From the NCBI GenBank assembly GCA_965279035.1, contig OZ257142.1, positions 160,001-224,000 of the forward strand: 64,000 bases of DNA, read 5' to 3'. Below the pieces are notes generated by a model that searched no databases, had not been told where the DNA came from, and worked only from the letters and a program-made list of their open reading frames with translations. This stretch comes from Bacteroidia bacterium (GTDB taxonomy: Bacteria > Bacteroidota > Bacteroidia > M30B66). The position numbers and the translations under genes are program-made. Positions within the stretch are counted from its first letter, which is position 1. Each line of letters begins with the position of its first letter. Below are positions 28,899 through 39,800 of the stretch, piece by piece.

Positions 28899-29477
28899 AT
28901 GCTGATTGTAGGAGATATTTTGGTGTCGGAAGACATTCTAGAAAAGAAGTTTGTGTGTGATCTTAATGCTTGCAAAGGAGCCTGTTGTGTTCAAGGAGAT
29001 GCAGGAGCGCCTTTGGCAGATGATGAAACGGGGATATTAGAGGAAGAGTACGAACATTTCAAATCGTATATCCGACAAGAAGGTCAAGAGGCTGTTTTGA
29101 GAGATGGTGTTTTTACGATTGATTCGGATGGAGATATTGTAACTCCATTAATTGATGGAAAGGAATGCGCCTATACCGTTTTTGATGCTCAAGGAATTGC
29201 AGCATGTGGAATTGAGAAAGCTTGGCTCGATGGTAAAACTCGATTTAGAAAACCAGTTTCGTGTCATTTGTATCCCATTCGAGTTAAGAAGCTGGTAGAT
29301 ATTGATGCGCTGAATTATCACACCTGGGACATTTGCAAACCAGCATGTACCTGTGGTTCAACACTCAAAGTTCCTGTATATCGTTTTTTAAAAGATGCAC
29401 TCATCCGAGCATATGGAAGTGAATGGTTTGAGCAGTTGGAAATAATAGCTCAAGAATGGGGAAAAACACCCTTGTAG
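28899..29477 (+). CDS. DUF3109-family cysteine-rich protein
   Basis: FVCDLNACKGACCVQGDAGAPL, KPVSCHLYPIR, WDICKPAC; start at ATG 28899 just after the -7 element. Confidence 0.85.
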   Translation: MLIVGDILVSEDILEKKFVCDLNACKGACCVQGDAGAPLADDETGILEEEYEHFKSYIRQEGQEAVLRDGVFTIDSDGDIVTPLIDGKECAYTVFDAQGIAACGIEKAWLDGKTRFRKPVSCHLYPIRVKKLVDIDALNYHTWDICKPACTCGSTLKVPVYRFLKDALIRAYGSEWFEQLEIIAQEWGKTPL

Positions 29478-29873
29478 ATGAATGTTTTTTCTTCATAGGC
29501 AAAGCATTCTTAACATGCAAATGGACTAGTATAAATTCTCTGTGACCGACTTGTTAACTCATCATTAACTATCAAATTAACAAGCGCTTGTCATGTTTAT
29601 AACTCGATTATCGGGTATATTCTGGAACCTTAGTCTGGCAGCTGTTTTAACTGATAATCAATGGCTCCTAAGGATGTAGCTCAAATGTTAAAAAGTGCAT
29701 CCAAATGTTAACAAAAACGAGTTGTGAGAAGCCCCCTTCCGAACCATTTTTGTGAAGTACGATTTTCCTACCTGTCTTAGCGATATCTCTCTGTATAAAA
29801 GCCACTTAGCTTTTTGAGAACTATGCCTGCCAGAAGCAAAATCGCAACTAACTGATTATCAAGACAGAGCAAA

Positions 29874-30899
29874 ATGGACAACGTTTTACCTACGAAAATA
29901 ACGAGTGAAGTCGATCTAATGAACAATGTAATAGCAGACGAACCGATATTGCAGGAAAACAAGGACCGTTTTGTATTGTTTCCTATTAAACATACCGACA
30001 TCTGGCAGATGTACAAGCAAGCGGAAGCTAGTTTTTGGACGGCGGAAGAGATTGATTTACATGCCGATTTAACGGATTGGGAAAACAAGTTGACTCCTGA
30101 TGAAAAACATTTCATCAAGCATGTATTGGCATTTTTCGCAGCCAGCGATGGAATTGTGAATGAGAATTTGGCGATTAACTTCATGAAAGAAGTTCAATAT
30201 CCTGAGGCGCGTTGTTTTTATGGATATCAGATTATGTGTGAGAATATTCATTCGGAAACCTATTCCTTATTGATCGACACATACATCAACGATACCGCTG
30301 AGAAGAATCGTTTGTTTCATGCGGTTGAAAACGTTCCGGCAGTTGGTCGCAAGGCAGATTGGGCTTTACGTTGGATTGAGAATGGAACATTTGCAGAACG
30401 CTTAGTTGCTTTTGCTTCAGTTGAAGGGATTTTCTTCTCCGGTTCATTTTGCTCTATCTTCTGGTTGAAGAAACGTGGTTTGATGCCGGGATTGAGTTTC
30501 TCGAATGAATTGATTTCCCGTGACGAAGGATTGCATTGCGATTTTGCCTGCTTGATTTACAAACAACTTCGTCATCAATTAAGCGAAGCGCGTGTAAAAG
30601 AGATTGTTTCAAGTGCGGTAGAAATAGAAAAAGATTTTGTGAGCGACGCCATTCCAGTTTCACTTATTGGAATGAATGCAGAGTTGATGTGTCAATACAT
30701 TGAGTTTGTAGCAGATCGCTTATTAATTGAATTGGGTTGCACCAAAATATACAATGCTAGCAATCCGTTTGATTTTATGGAGATGATTTCCCTTCAGGGC
30801 AAAACCAACTTTTTTGAAAAGAAAGTAGGGGAATATCAAAAAGCCGGAGTAATGGGCAAACAGATCGACAATACCATTCGTTTCGACGAAGATTTTTGA
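29874..30899 (+). CDS. nrdB: Ribonucleoside-diphosphate reductase class Ia beta subunit
   Basis: [20 protein letters not shown] (radical Tyr), [23 protein letters not shown]. Confidence 0.96.
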   Translation: MDNVLPTKITSEVDLMNNVIADEPILQENKDRFVLFPIKHTDIWQMYKQAEASFWTAEEIDLHADLTDWENKLTPDEKHFIKHVLAFFAASDGIVNENLAINFMKEVQYPEARCFYGYQIMCENIHSETYSLLIDTYINDTAEKNRLFHAVENVPAVGRKADWALRWIENGTFAERLVAFASVEGIFFSGSFCSIFWLKKRGLMPGLSFSNELISRDEGLHCDFACLIYKQLRHQLSEARVKEIVSSAVEIEKDFVSDAIPVSLIGMNAELMCQYIEFVADRLLIELGCTKIYNASNPFDFMEMISLQGKTNFFEKKVGEYQKAGVMGKQIDNTIRFDEDF

Positions 30900-30939
30900 T
30901 AGAAAAAGACATTTTTTTAAAAAACCTAACTAAAAAACC

Positions 30940-33321
30940 ATGTATGTAATCAAGCGGGACGGCCGACAGGAGTCTATTAAGTTTGACAAGATTACGGCTC
31001 GTATACAGAAACTCTGTTACGGTTTAGAGCCCGTACACGTGGATCCAGTAAGTGTTGCCATGAAAGTAATTCAGGGGATTTACCCTGGAGTAACCACCGA
31101 AGCTCTCGACAATCTAGCTGCAGAAACTGCCGCATCGATGACAGTGAAGCATCCGGATTACGCCCTTTTGGCATCGCGTATTGCGATTTCCAACCTACAC
31201 AAAACCACCAAGAAGTCGTTTTCTGAAACGATGAAGGATTTGTACTTCTTCGTTGATCCAAAAACCAATCAGGCGGCACCTTTGATTGCAGATGATGTGT
31301 ATGATATCATCTTGAAAAATGCAGAATTATTAGATTCTACAATCATCTACGATCGGGATTTTGGCTACGATTATTTTGGATTCAAAACCTTAGAAAAATC
31401 CTACCTGCTGAAAATCAACAATGCAGTTGTTGAACGACCACAACATATGTTGATGCGTGTTTCGGTTGGAATTCACAAAGATGATATTGAGAATGCGATC
31501 AAAACCTACGATTTGATGTCGGAACGTTGGTTTACGCATGCAACTCCAACACTTTTCAATGCTGGAACACCGAAGCCTCAAATGTCGAGCTGTTTCCTCA
31601 TTACGATGAAGGACGACAGTATTGATGGGATTTACGATACACTAAAACAGTGTGCGAAAATTTCCCAAAGTGCTGGTGGTATTGGATTGAGTATTCATAA
31701 TGTACGAGCAACGGGTTCTTACATCCGCGGAACCAATGGAACATCCAATGGAATTGTTCCAATGTTGCGTGTTTTCAATGATACCGCCCGTTATGTAGAT
31801 CAAGGTGGAGGAAAACGAAAAGGATCATTTGCAGTTTATATTGAACCTTGGCATGCCGATATTTTCGATTTTCTGAATTTGAAAAAGAATCACGGGAAAG
31901 AAGAAGTTCGTGCTCGCGACCTATTTTATGCTCTTTGGATTCCAGATCTTTTTATGAAGCGTGTGGAAGAAGAAGGAGAATGGTCTTTATTCTGTCCAAA
32001 CGAAGCACCCGGACTTTCGGATTGCTGGGGAGAAAAGTTCGAAGAACTCTATGAGCGGTATGAAGCAGAGGGGAAAGCGCGCAAAACAGTAAAAGCTCGC
32101 GAAATTTGGTCTTCCATTTTGGAAGCACAAATAGAAACAGGAACGCCTTACATGCTATATAAAGATGCATGTAACCGTAAGAGCAATCAGCAAAATTTGG
32201 GTACGATCAAGTCTTCGAATTTATGTACTGAGATTATTGAGTACACCGATGAGAATGAAGTTGCGGTATGTAATCTTGCATCGATCGCTTTGCCACGTTT
32301 CATTATTGACGGAAAATTTGATCACAATAAACTGTTTGAGGTTACTTATCAGATTACACTAAACCTCAACAAAATTATCGACCGAAATTATTATCCAGTA
32401 GTAGAAGCAGAGCGCTCGAACTTGCGTCATCGCCCTATTGGGATTGGTATTCAGGGTTTAGCAGATGCATTCATTTTGCTTCGTTATCCATTTGAATGTG
32501 AAGAAGCACAAGCATTGAATCGTGAAATTCACGAAACGATTTACTATGCAGCCATGACAGCTTCGAAAGATTTGGCTATCAAAGATGGTCATTACGAAAG
32601 TTATCCTGGATCTCCTGTTTCGAAAGGAATTTTCCAATATGATATGTGGAATGTTACTCCAACAAATCGATGGGAATGGGATGTATTGAAAGAAGAAGTG
32701 GCTAAATACGGAGTACGGAATTCTCTTTTATTAGCTCCAATGCCAACGGCTTCCACTTCGCAGGTTTTAGGAAATAACGAATGTTTCGAGCCCTATACGA
32801 GCAATATCTACACACGTAGAGTACTTTCTGGTGAATTCATCATCGTTAACAAGCATCTTTTACGCGATTTAGTTGACTTAGGTGTTTGGAACGAAGGATT
32901 GAAAGATAAAATCATTGGTGCAAACGGCTCCATTCAAGGTATTGTAGAGATTCCAGATAACATTAAGGAGCTTTACAAAACTGTTTGGGAAATCCGCCAG
33001 CGTACCATTATTGATATGGCTGCCGATCGTGGTGCTTTCATTTGTCAGTCGCAGTCGCTCAACATTTTTATGGAGTCGGCGAACATGGCAAAATTAACTT
33101 CAATGCACTTCTATGCTTGGAAGAAAGGATTGAAAACTGGCATGTATTATTTGCGTTCGAAAGCAGCGGCTGATGCCATTAAATTTACCGTTCCATCGCA
33201 AGCAGAACCACAAAAGGTTGCAGTTGTTTCGGAAGCTCAAACTGTAGCAGTTTATGACTCTCAGGGAGAAATATCGTGTTCGCTTGATAACCCCGAAGGC
33301 TGTGAGGCATGCGGTAGCTAA
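30940..33321 (+). CDS. nrdA: Ribonucleoside-diphosphate reductase class Ia alpha subunit with ATP cone
   Basis: VIKRDG ATP cone, [34 protein letters not shown]-terminal CEAC. Confidence 0.97.
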   Translation: MYVIKRDGRQESIKFDKITARIQKLCYGLEPVHVDPVSVAMKVIQGIYPGVTTEALDNLAAETAASMTVKHPDYALLASRIAISNLHKTTKKSFSETMKDLYFFVDPKTNQAAPLIADDVYDIILKNAELLDSTIIYDRDFGYDYFGFKTLEKSYLLKINNAVVERPQHMLMRVSVGIHKDDIENAIKTYDLMSERWFTHATPTLFNAGTPKPQMSSCFLITMKDDSIDGIYDTLKQCAKISQSAGGIGLSIHNVRATGSYIRGTNGTSNGIVPMLRVFNDTARYVDQGGGKRKGSFAVYIEPWHADIFDFLNLKKNHGKEEVRARDLFYALWIPDLFMKRVEEEGEWSLFCPNEAPGLSDCWGEKFEELYERYEAEGKARKTVKAREIWSSILEAQIETGTPYMLYKDACNRKSNQQNLGTIKSSNLCTEIIEYTDENEVAVCNLASIALPRFIIDGKFDHNKLFEVTYQITLNLNKIIDRNYYPVVEAERSNLRHRPIGIGIQGLADAFILLRYPFECEEAQALNREIHETIYYAAMTASKDLAIKDGHYESYPGSPVSKGIFQYDMWNVTPTNRWEWDVLKEEVAKYGVRNSLLLAPMPTASTSQVLGNNECFEPYTSNIYTRRVLSGEFIIVNKHLLRDLVDLGVWNEGLKDKIIGANGSIQGIVEIPDNIKELYKTVWEIRQRTIIDMAADRGAFICQSQSLNIFMESANMAKLTSMHFYAWKKGLKTGMYYLRSKAAADAIKFTVPSQAEPQKVAVVSEAQTVAVYDSQGEISCSLDNPEGCEACGS

Positions 33322-33340
33322 TTAAAATTTTGTTGGTTGT

Positions 33341-33379
33341 AAAAAAGCCCCTTACCAAAATTTGGCAAGGGGCTTTTTT
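33341..33379. terminator. Bidirectional intrinsic terminator
   Basis: A6-GCCCCTT...AAGGGGC-T6. Confidence 0.85.
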
Positions 33380-33540
33380 GTTATGAATAAGTGGTGCCGA
33401 AGATTAACACTAGAAAGATGAAAGACGCTTCTCATCAAACCATCCGGGATAGTCTCAACCAAAAAACACGACCCATTCGCTAATTTCGGACACCACTAGG
33501 CAATAAAGATATAGAATTGGATTATACAATCTTTAATGTG
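33341..33540 (-). ncRNA. Candidate structured non-coding RNA (family unknown)
   Basis: -7 element TATTTTTG at 33548-33541; 5' hairpin (TAAAGAT/ATCTTTA); long rod 33390-33497 whose imperfect pairs are G-U on the minus strand; ends at the bidirectional terminator. Confidence 0.5.
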
Positions 33541-33686
33541 CAAAAATAGGAACATTTTATTGAATGAAAGTATTCGTATTGCTTCTTAAATAAGAAGAAC
33601 GTTCGGGTCAATTTTTTATTTTATTCAAAAACACCAAGCTTAATGTATTGGTTGATTGATGATTATAGCATATGAGTCGATTTGGA

Positions 33687-33747
33687 GAACACTGGAAACA
33701 TTTTTTTTGCATTTTGTTTCCGTTGTTCCCTTTTCGTTTTATCTTTG
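33687..33747 (+). promoter_or_regulatory. Putative TetR operator (inverted repeat 33687-33728) and -7 element TATCTTTG (33740-33747)
   Basis: GAACACTGGAAACA-N14-TGTTTCCGTTGTTC (12/14 inverted match) directly upstream of tetR. Confidence 0.6.
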
Positions 33748-33753
33748 CCGCCG

Positions 33754-34383
33754 ATGAACGAAAAATTGGAACATATTATTCAACAAGCACGATCTATTTT
33801 CATGCGATGTGGAATTAGAAGCGTGACAATGGATGATGTATGCCGTGAAATGCATATTTCCAAAAAGACACTCTATCAGCATGTTCACGATAAAACAGAT
33901 CTTGTTAACCAAACAATGAAATGTGAAATCGAAAAAGATGAAATAGAAATAAATAAGCTGATAGACAAGGGGCTAAATGCCATTGAAGAGATGTTTGAAA
34001 TCACACAAGTTGTTTCTGAAAAAATCAGGAACATTCATCCTTCAATTCTGTTCGATATGCAAAAATATTATCCAGAAGCTTGGGATATGATGCTATCTCA
34101 TCGAAATGGATTTATTGAAAAGGTCATTTTCAAAAATTTAATAAAAGGTCAAAATGAAGGGGTTTATCGAACAGATCTCCATTTGATTATTATTTCACGC
34201 TTGTTTGCTTCTAAAATAGAGGTTCTTGCAGATAGCGCTTTTATAGAAGGCACTGGTTTGAGCCTTTCCCAAGTCAATTTCGAACACCTCATTTATCATT
34301 TACATGGAGTTGTTACACTTCAAGGTAAAGCCTATCTCGATCAAAAATTATCAACATATAATCCCAATCCATATGAAAAATAA
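33754..34383 (+). CDS. TetR/AcrR family transcriptional regulator
   Basis: GIRSVTMDDVCREMHISKKTLYQH HTH; start ATG 33754 after the -7 element. Confidence 0.92.
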   Translation: MNEKLEHIIQQARSIFMRCGIRSVTMDDVCREMHISKKTLYQHVHDKTDLVNQTMKCEIEKDEIEINKLIDKGLNAIEEMFEITQVVSEKIRNIHPSILFDMQKYYPEAWDMMLSHRNGFIEKVIFKNLIKGQNEGVYRTDLHLIIISRLFASKIEVLADSAFIEGTGLSLSQVNFEHLIYHLHGVVTLQGKAYLDQKLSTYNPNPYEK

Positions 34384-35719
34384 ACTGCTGTTGCTGTTGC
34401 TGATTATCTCGGCAGGGCTTCATGCGCAAAATGCTGACCCTGGTAGTTTCTCTTTACCACAAGCAATTGATTATGCGCTGAAGAACGGTTATAGTGTATT
34501 GAATGCAGCAACCGATATTGAAATTGCTAAAAAGAAAGTGGCGGAAATCCGTGGTATCGGCATTCCCCAACTAAAAACCGATGCCTCATTTCAGGATTTT
34601 GTAGAAGTTCCAGTGAGTATTATCTCAGCAAATGCATTTAATCCGGCAGCTCCTCCTGGAACATACTTAAGAATTCCATTTGGAGTAAAATACAATATGA
34701 GTATTGGATACACCGCCTCATGGTTGGCATTTAGTGGTGAATATATTGTTGGTTTACAAGCATCCAAAACCTACGTCGACATTTCAAAAGCGACACTTCG
34801 TAAGAGTGAAATCGATGTCAAAGAAAGTGTTATTAATGCCTATAATCTGGTGCTCATTCTGAAAGAGAATAAGCGAATTCTCACTGAAAATATAGCATCC
34901 TTAGACCAATCAATTGAGCAAACATCGGCTTATAACCGCGAGGGCTTTGTCGAAGAAATGGATGTAGATCGTTTAAAATTACTCAAGAACAATTTGAGTA
35001 CAACGCTTACAACCCTAGAGCAACAAACCATCATTGCTGAAAAACTGCTCAAGTTTCAAATGGGTTTTGATGTAAATGCTCCAATAACTTTAACTGAAAC
35101 GCTTGATAATCTTGTATCAACAGCTAAATCAGGTATTGACATTGAGCCGAAGTTTGATCCTGCAAACAACATCAACCAAATCTTAATTGGAAAAGCGATC
35201 ACGATGCAGAAACTAGAGGTGAAACGCCAAAAGGCAAACTATCTTCCTACACTGAGCACATTTTATACTTGGAAGGAAAGTCGTATCACCAATGATTTCA
35301 ACCAACTAAACAATAATCAGTTTCGCGTTCCAGGTGGAACCATTTTAGGTGTAAATCTGAGCATGCCGGTTTTCCAAGGATTAAGTCAATCGTCACGAAT
35401 AAAACAAGCAAAATTGAATTTGAAAAAATTAGAAGTTCAACAAATTCAAGCAGAACAAGGAATTGCATTGTCTTCCTCTCAAAGTTGGACTGCCTATGCA
35501 TCCTCGTTAAGTGCATTAAGAAATACACAAGAATCGGTGAATTTGGCAACGCGCATTCGTGATCGGGCTAAAATTAAATACCAAGAAGGTGTCGGATCTA
35601 GCCTAGAAGTGATACAAGCAGAAAACGATTTACTTTCCTCTCAATCAAACTATATAAACGCCATTCAGCAAGTATTGAATGCGCGTGTTACCCTCGATAA
35701 AAACCTAAACAAATTCTGA
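34373..35719 (+). CDS. TolC-family outer membrane efflux protein
   Basis: Signal peptide MKNKLLLL from ATG 34373; SLPQAIDYAL, YLPTLS, KYQEGVGSSLEV. Confidence 0.9.
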   Translation: MKNKLLLLLLIISAGLHAQNADPGSFSLPQAIDYALKNGYSVLNAATDIEIAKKKVAEIRGIGIPQLKTDASFQDFVEVPVSIISANAFNPAAPPGTYLRIPFGVKYNMSIGYTASWLAFSGEYIVGLQASKTYVDISKATLRKSEIDVKESVINAYNLVLILKENKRILTENIASLDQSIEQTSAYNREGFVEEMDVDRLKLLKNNLSTTLTTLEQQTIIAEKLLKFQMGFDVNAPITLTETLDNLVSTAKSGIDIEPKFDPANNINQILIGKAITMQKLEVKRQKANYLPTLSTFYTWKESRITNDFNQLNNNQFRVPGGTILGVNLSMPVFQGLSQSSRIKQAKLNLKKLEVQQIQAEQGIALSSSQSWTAYASSLSALRNTQESVNLATRIRDRAKIKYQEGVGSSLEVIQAENDLLSSQSNYINAIQQVLNARVTLDKNLNKF

Positions 35720-35736
35720 CCTTGATTTTTCCTACA

Positions 35737-36867
35737 ATGAAAAAGCTTCTATATATCTCCATTACGCTGCTTGTTGCAGCATGTTCTTCAGGCAATGACC
35801 TGGAAAAGAAAAAAGCACAGCTTGTTGAATACCAAGCTCAACATGATGAGTTGAAATTGAAAATTGCAGAACTCGAAAAAGAAATTGCACTTCTCGATAC
35901 CTCCGAAGAAATTCGCAAACCAAAATTGGTAACGCTCATGTCTGCCTTTTCAGGTGAGTTTAACCATTTTATCGATGTTCAAGGAACAGTTGATTCCGAA
36001 GAAAACATTGCCATTCAACCCGGAATGCCCGGATTGATTACACGTGTGAATGTTCGCGAAGGTGATAATGTTTCTGCTGGGCAAATATTAGCCGAAGTAG
36101 ACAATAGAACTATCCGTGAAAGTATGGCTCAGCTTCAAACCAATTTGGATTTTGCAAAGACTGCATTCGAAAAACAGCAACGTCTTTGGAACCAGAAGAT
36201 TGGAACTGAAATCCAATACCTTCAAAGTAAAACTCAATACGAATCACTTCAAAAAAGCATGGGAACTTTGCAGGCTCAATTGGATATGAGTCGCATAAAA
36301 TCTCCTATTACTGGTGTTATTGATGCAGTAAATGTAAAAGTGGGTGAGTTTGCATCGCCCGGTTTGAACGGTGCTTTTCGTGTAGTGAATTTCAGCAAAA
36401 TGAAGGTGAAAGCAAAAGTGGCTGATTCCTACATTGGAAAAGTGAAAATGGGAAATCCTGTCAAGATTATCCTATCCGATATTCAAGATACCATTCAAGG
36501 TAAAATCAGCTTTGTAAGCAAAGTGGTGAATTCAATGACACGCACCTTTGATATTGAAATTAGTTTGGGTGCTACTAATTCGGATGTTCGTCCGAATATG
36601 TTAGCTACACTCAATATCAATGATGAAGTATTAACGAATTCAATCAGTGTACTTTCAAACCTTGTTCAAAAAGATGCTTCAGGAAATCAATATGTCATGG
36701 TTTCTGAAGGCAGTAACGATAAAATGACAGCTCATAAAAAACTCGTTTCAACTGGAGTTTCATATGGCGATCGCATCGTAATCACCGAAGGATTGAATGG
36801 CAGCGAAAAGCTGATCAATTCAGGCTATCAGGAAGTTGTTGATGGACAATTTATTTCCTTAAAATAA
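35737..36867 (+). CDS. RND efflux periplasmic adaptor (MFP) lipoprotein
   Basis: Lipobox VAAC; V.EGD.V..GQ.LA lipoyl half-motif; IKSPITG; TRTF. Confidence 0.9.
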   Translation: MKKLLYISITLLVAACSSGNDLEKKKAQLVEYQAQHDELKLKIAELEKEIALLDTSEEIRKPKLVTLMSAFSGEFNHFIDVQGTVDSEENIAIQPGMPGLITRVNVREGDNVSAGQILAEVDNRTIRESMAQLQTNLDFAKTAFEKQQRLWNQKIGTEIQYLQSKTQYESLQKSMGTLQAQLDMSRIKSPITGVIDAVNVKVGEFASPGLNGAFRVVNFSKMKVKAKVADSYIGKVKMGNPVKIILSDIQDTIQGKISFVSKVVNSMTRTFDIEISLGATNSDVRPNMLATLNINDEVLTNSISVLSNLVQKDASGNQYVMVSEGSNDKMTAHKKLVSTGVSYGDRIVITEGLNGSEKLINSGYQEVVDGQFISLK

Positions 36868-36891
36868 TTTCCAGAAAAATCCCAACCAACC

Positions 36892-39800
36892 ATGGAAAAG
36901 GAACATATAAAGTATTTCAAACCCACCAATTGGGCAATTAATAATAGCACCGCGATTTACATTTTCACGGTATTGATTTCCCTTGCAGGTATTATCATCT
37001 TCCAACGAATTCCCAAGGAGAAATTTCCAGACATTGTGGTTCCAACCATCTTTGTTTCAACAATTTATCCTGGAGCAAGTCCCGAAGATATTGAGAACCT
37101 CATTACCAAACCGATTGAAAAAGAAGTAAAGTCGGTTTCGGGAATTAAGAAAGTTACGTCCAATTCAATTCAAGATTTTTCGCTTGTAGTTGTTGAATTT
37201 AATACTGGGATTGATGTAGACGTTGCCAAGCAGAAAATTTCCAATGCTGTAGATAAAGCGAAGAAAGATTTACCAAGTGATATGAAGTCCGATCCAGGTG
37301 TTCAGGAGGTGAATTTCTCTGAATTTCCTATCATGAATATCAACGTGAATGGCGAATTTCCTTTAGATCAACTGAAGCGTTATGCGGAGGATTTGAAGGA
37401 TAAAATAGAAACGCTCCCCGAAATTACCCGTGTAGATATCATTGGTGCACTCACACGTGAAGTACAAGTAAATGTGGATTTATACCGCATGCAAGCCCTT
37501 GGAATTTCATTTAGTGATATTGAACGTGCTGTAGCTAGCGAAAACGTAAATATATCGGGTGGTGAAATTCGGATTGATGATCTACGACGCACCTTACGTG
37601 TTCGTGGAGAATTTAGTCAGGTGAGTCAAATTGGTAATATCTTAATTCGATCTTCCCGAGGAAACCTTGCTTATTTGAAAGACATCGCTGAAGTGAAAGA
37701 CGGTTATAAAGACAAACAGGATTTTGCCCGTTTGGATGGAAAGCCTGTTATCACCATGAATGTTATCAAACGTTCTGGAGAAAACTTGATTAATGCTGCA
37801 GATAAAATCAAGGTCATAATTGATGAATATAAAGCCACGAAATTTCCGAAAGGACTGGATGTTACCTTAACCGGCGACACATCGATGGAAACAAAAACAC
37901 AACTCAACGACCTAGTGAATACTGTAATCATTGGGTTTGTCCTTGTAGTTATTATTCTGATGTTCTTTATGGGACTGCAAAGTGCCTTCTTTGTTGGACT
38001 TGCGGTGCCATTGTCGGTGTTAGTTGCCCTGTTGTTTATGCCATCGCTTGGATTCTCGATGAATGTGATTGTGCTTTTCTCTTTCTTGTTAGCACTGGGA
38101 ATTATAGTAGATGATGCCATTGTGGTGATTGAAAATACCCACCGAATATTCCATAAATACGACTTCGACATAAAGACAGCTGCCAAAGCTGCAGCAGGAG
38201 AAGTGTTTGTGCCTGTTTTAGCAGGTACATTAACCACAATTGCTCCGTTCTTCCCACTCCTATTTTGGCCAGGTATTGTAGGTGATTTTATGGGTTACCT
38301 ACCTATAACACTCATCCTTACGCTCTTTGCATCCTTGTTTGTTGCCTTTATCATGAACTCGGTGTTTGCCGTAACCTTTATGAAACGCGACGAACACGAT
38401 CATAAAACCAGTTCGAAAGAACTTGTGCGCCCCGCAATTATTTTTGGAGGTATTGCCTTGTTATGCCATGCTGCAGGAATGACAGCTGTTGGAAACGTAA
38501 GTTTCTTAATGCTTGCATTGACACCTCTATACATGTACATACTTCGTCCAATGACTGTAAAATTTCAGCTGGACATTTGGCCTCGTGTTGTTGCATTTTA
38601 CAAACGACTGATTAAAAAAGTACTTGTTGGATATCGTCCAATAGCTATGCTTGTTGGAGTGATTATCTTATTCTTTATTTCGATTGGAGTATTCATTGCC
38701 TCCAAACCGAAAATCGAGTTCTTCCCGAACGGACAACCCAATTTTGCTTATGTATATCTTCAAATGCCCATTGGGACAGATGCCGAAGTGACTGATTCTG
38801 TAACTCGTATTGTAGAAAAGCGTGTTTTTGAAGTGATTGGTGAACATAATCCCAATGTAGAATCGGTTATTTCGAATGTGGGAATTGGTGCGGGTGACCC
38901 ACAAAATCCCGATCGAGTTGCTACGCCTCATAAAGGAAAAGTTTCTGTAGCATTTGTCGATTTTAGTGAACGTAAAAACTTCTCTACACGAGAATGCCTC
39001 GAAGCAATTCGTGAAAACATGAAAGGAATTCCGGGTGTGCGAATTACCGTCGATAAAGAATCGAATGGACCTCCAACTGGAAAGCCTGTCAACATTGAGA
39101 TTAGCGGTGATGACTTTGATCAGTTACAGTTAATCGAAACGAAAATGAGAGCTGCTATCTCGAAAGCGAAAATCTTAGGGATTGAAGACTTACAATCAGA
39201 TTTGCAACGAAATAAGCCAGAGATTATCGTTACAATCGATCCTGATCGTGCACTAGCTCTCGGAATGAGCAAAGCACAGATTGCTATGGAATTACGTACT
39301 GCTTTATTTGGAAAGGAAATTTCAAAATTCCGTGATGCAGACGATGATGCAGAAATTACCTTGCGACTTTCTTCAAATTACCGTGATAAAGTTGACGATC
39401 TCCTTAACATGCAAATTGCATTTATGGATATGAGCTCGGGCATGTTTAAGCAAGTACCAGTTTCGGCTGTTGCTTCTGTGAAATATGAAAAAGCCTTTAG
39501 CTCAATCAACCGTAAAAACCAACGTCGCGTTTTGACATTATCATCTAATGTTTTAACCGGTTTTACTGCAAATGAAATTGTTCGTTCAATCAATCAAATC
39601 ATCCCTTCACTCGAAGTACCTGAAGGATATGAAGTAAAGATGACGGGTGAACAAGAGCAACAAAAAGAAACGTCCGACTTCTTAAGTCTGGCATTCCTTG
39701 GAGCTTTGGCGCTTATGTTCTTGATTTTGGTTACCCAATTCAATTCCTTAGTGAAACCGTTTATCATTTTCTCTACGGTTGTATTCTCACTTATCGGAGT

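Noticed and set aside
29672-29702. tRNA-like start GGATGTAGCTCA
   Set aside because: No anticodon arm, T-arm (GTTCRA) or acceptor 3' strand; it forms only a short local hairpin.
29874-33321. nrdB-before-nrdA order and eukaryote-like RNR sequence as a sign of phage or horizontal origin
   Set aside because: This RNR type and order are known in Bacteroidota, and no phage or mobility genes are adjacent.
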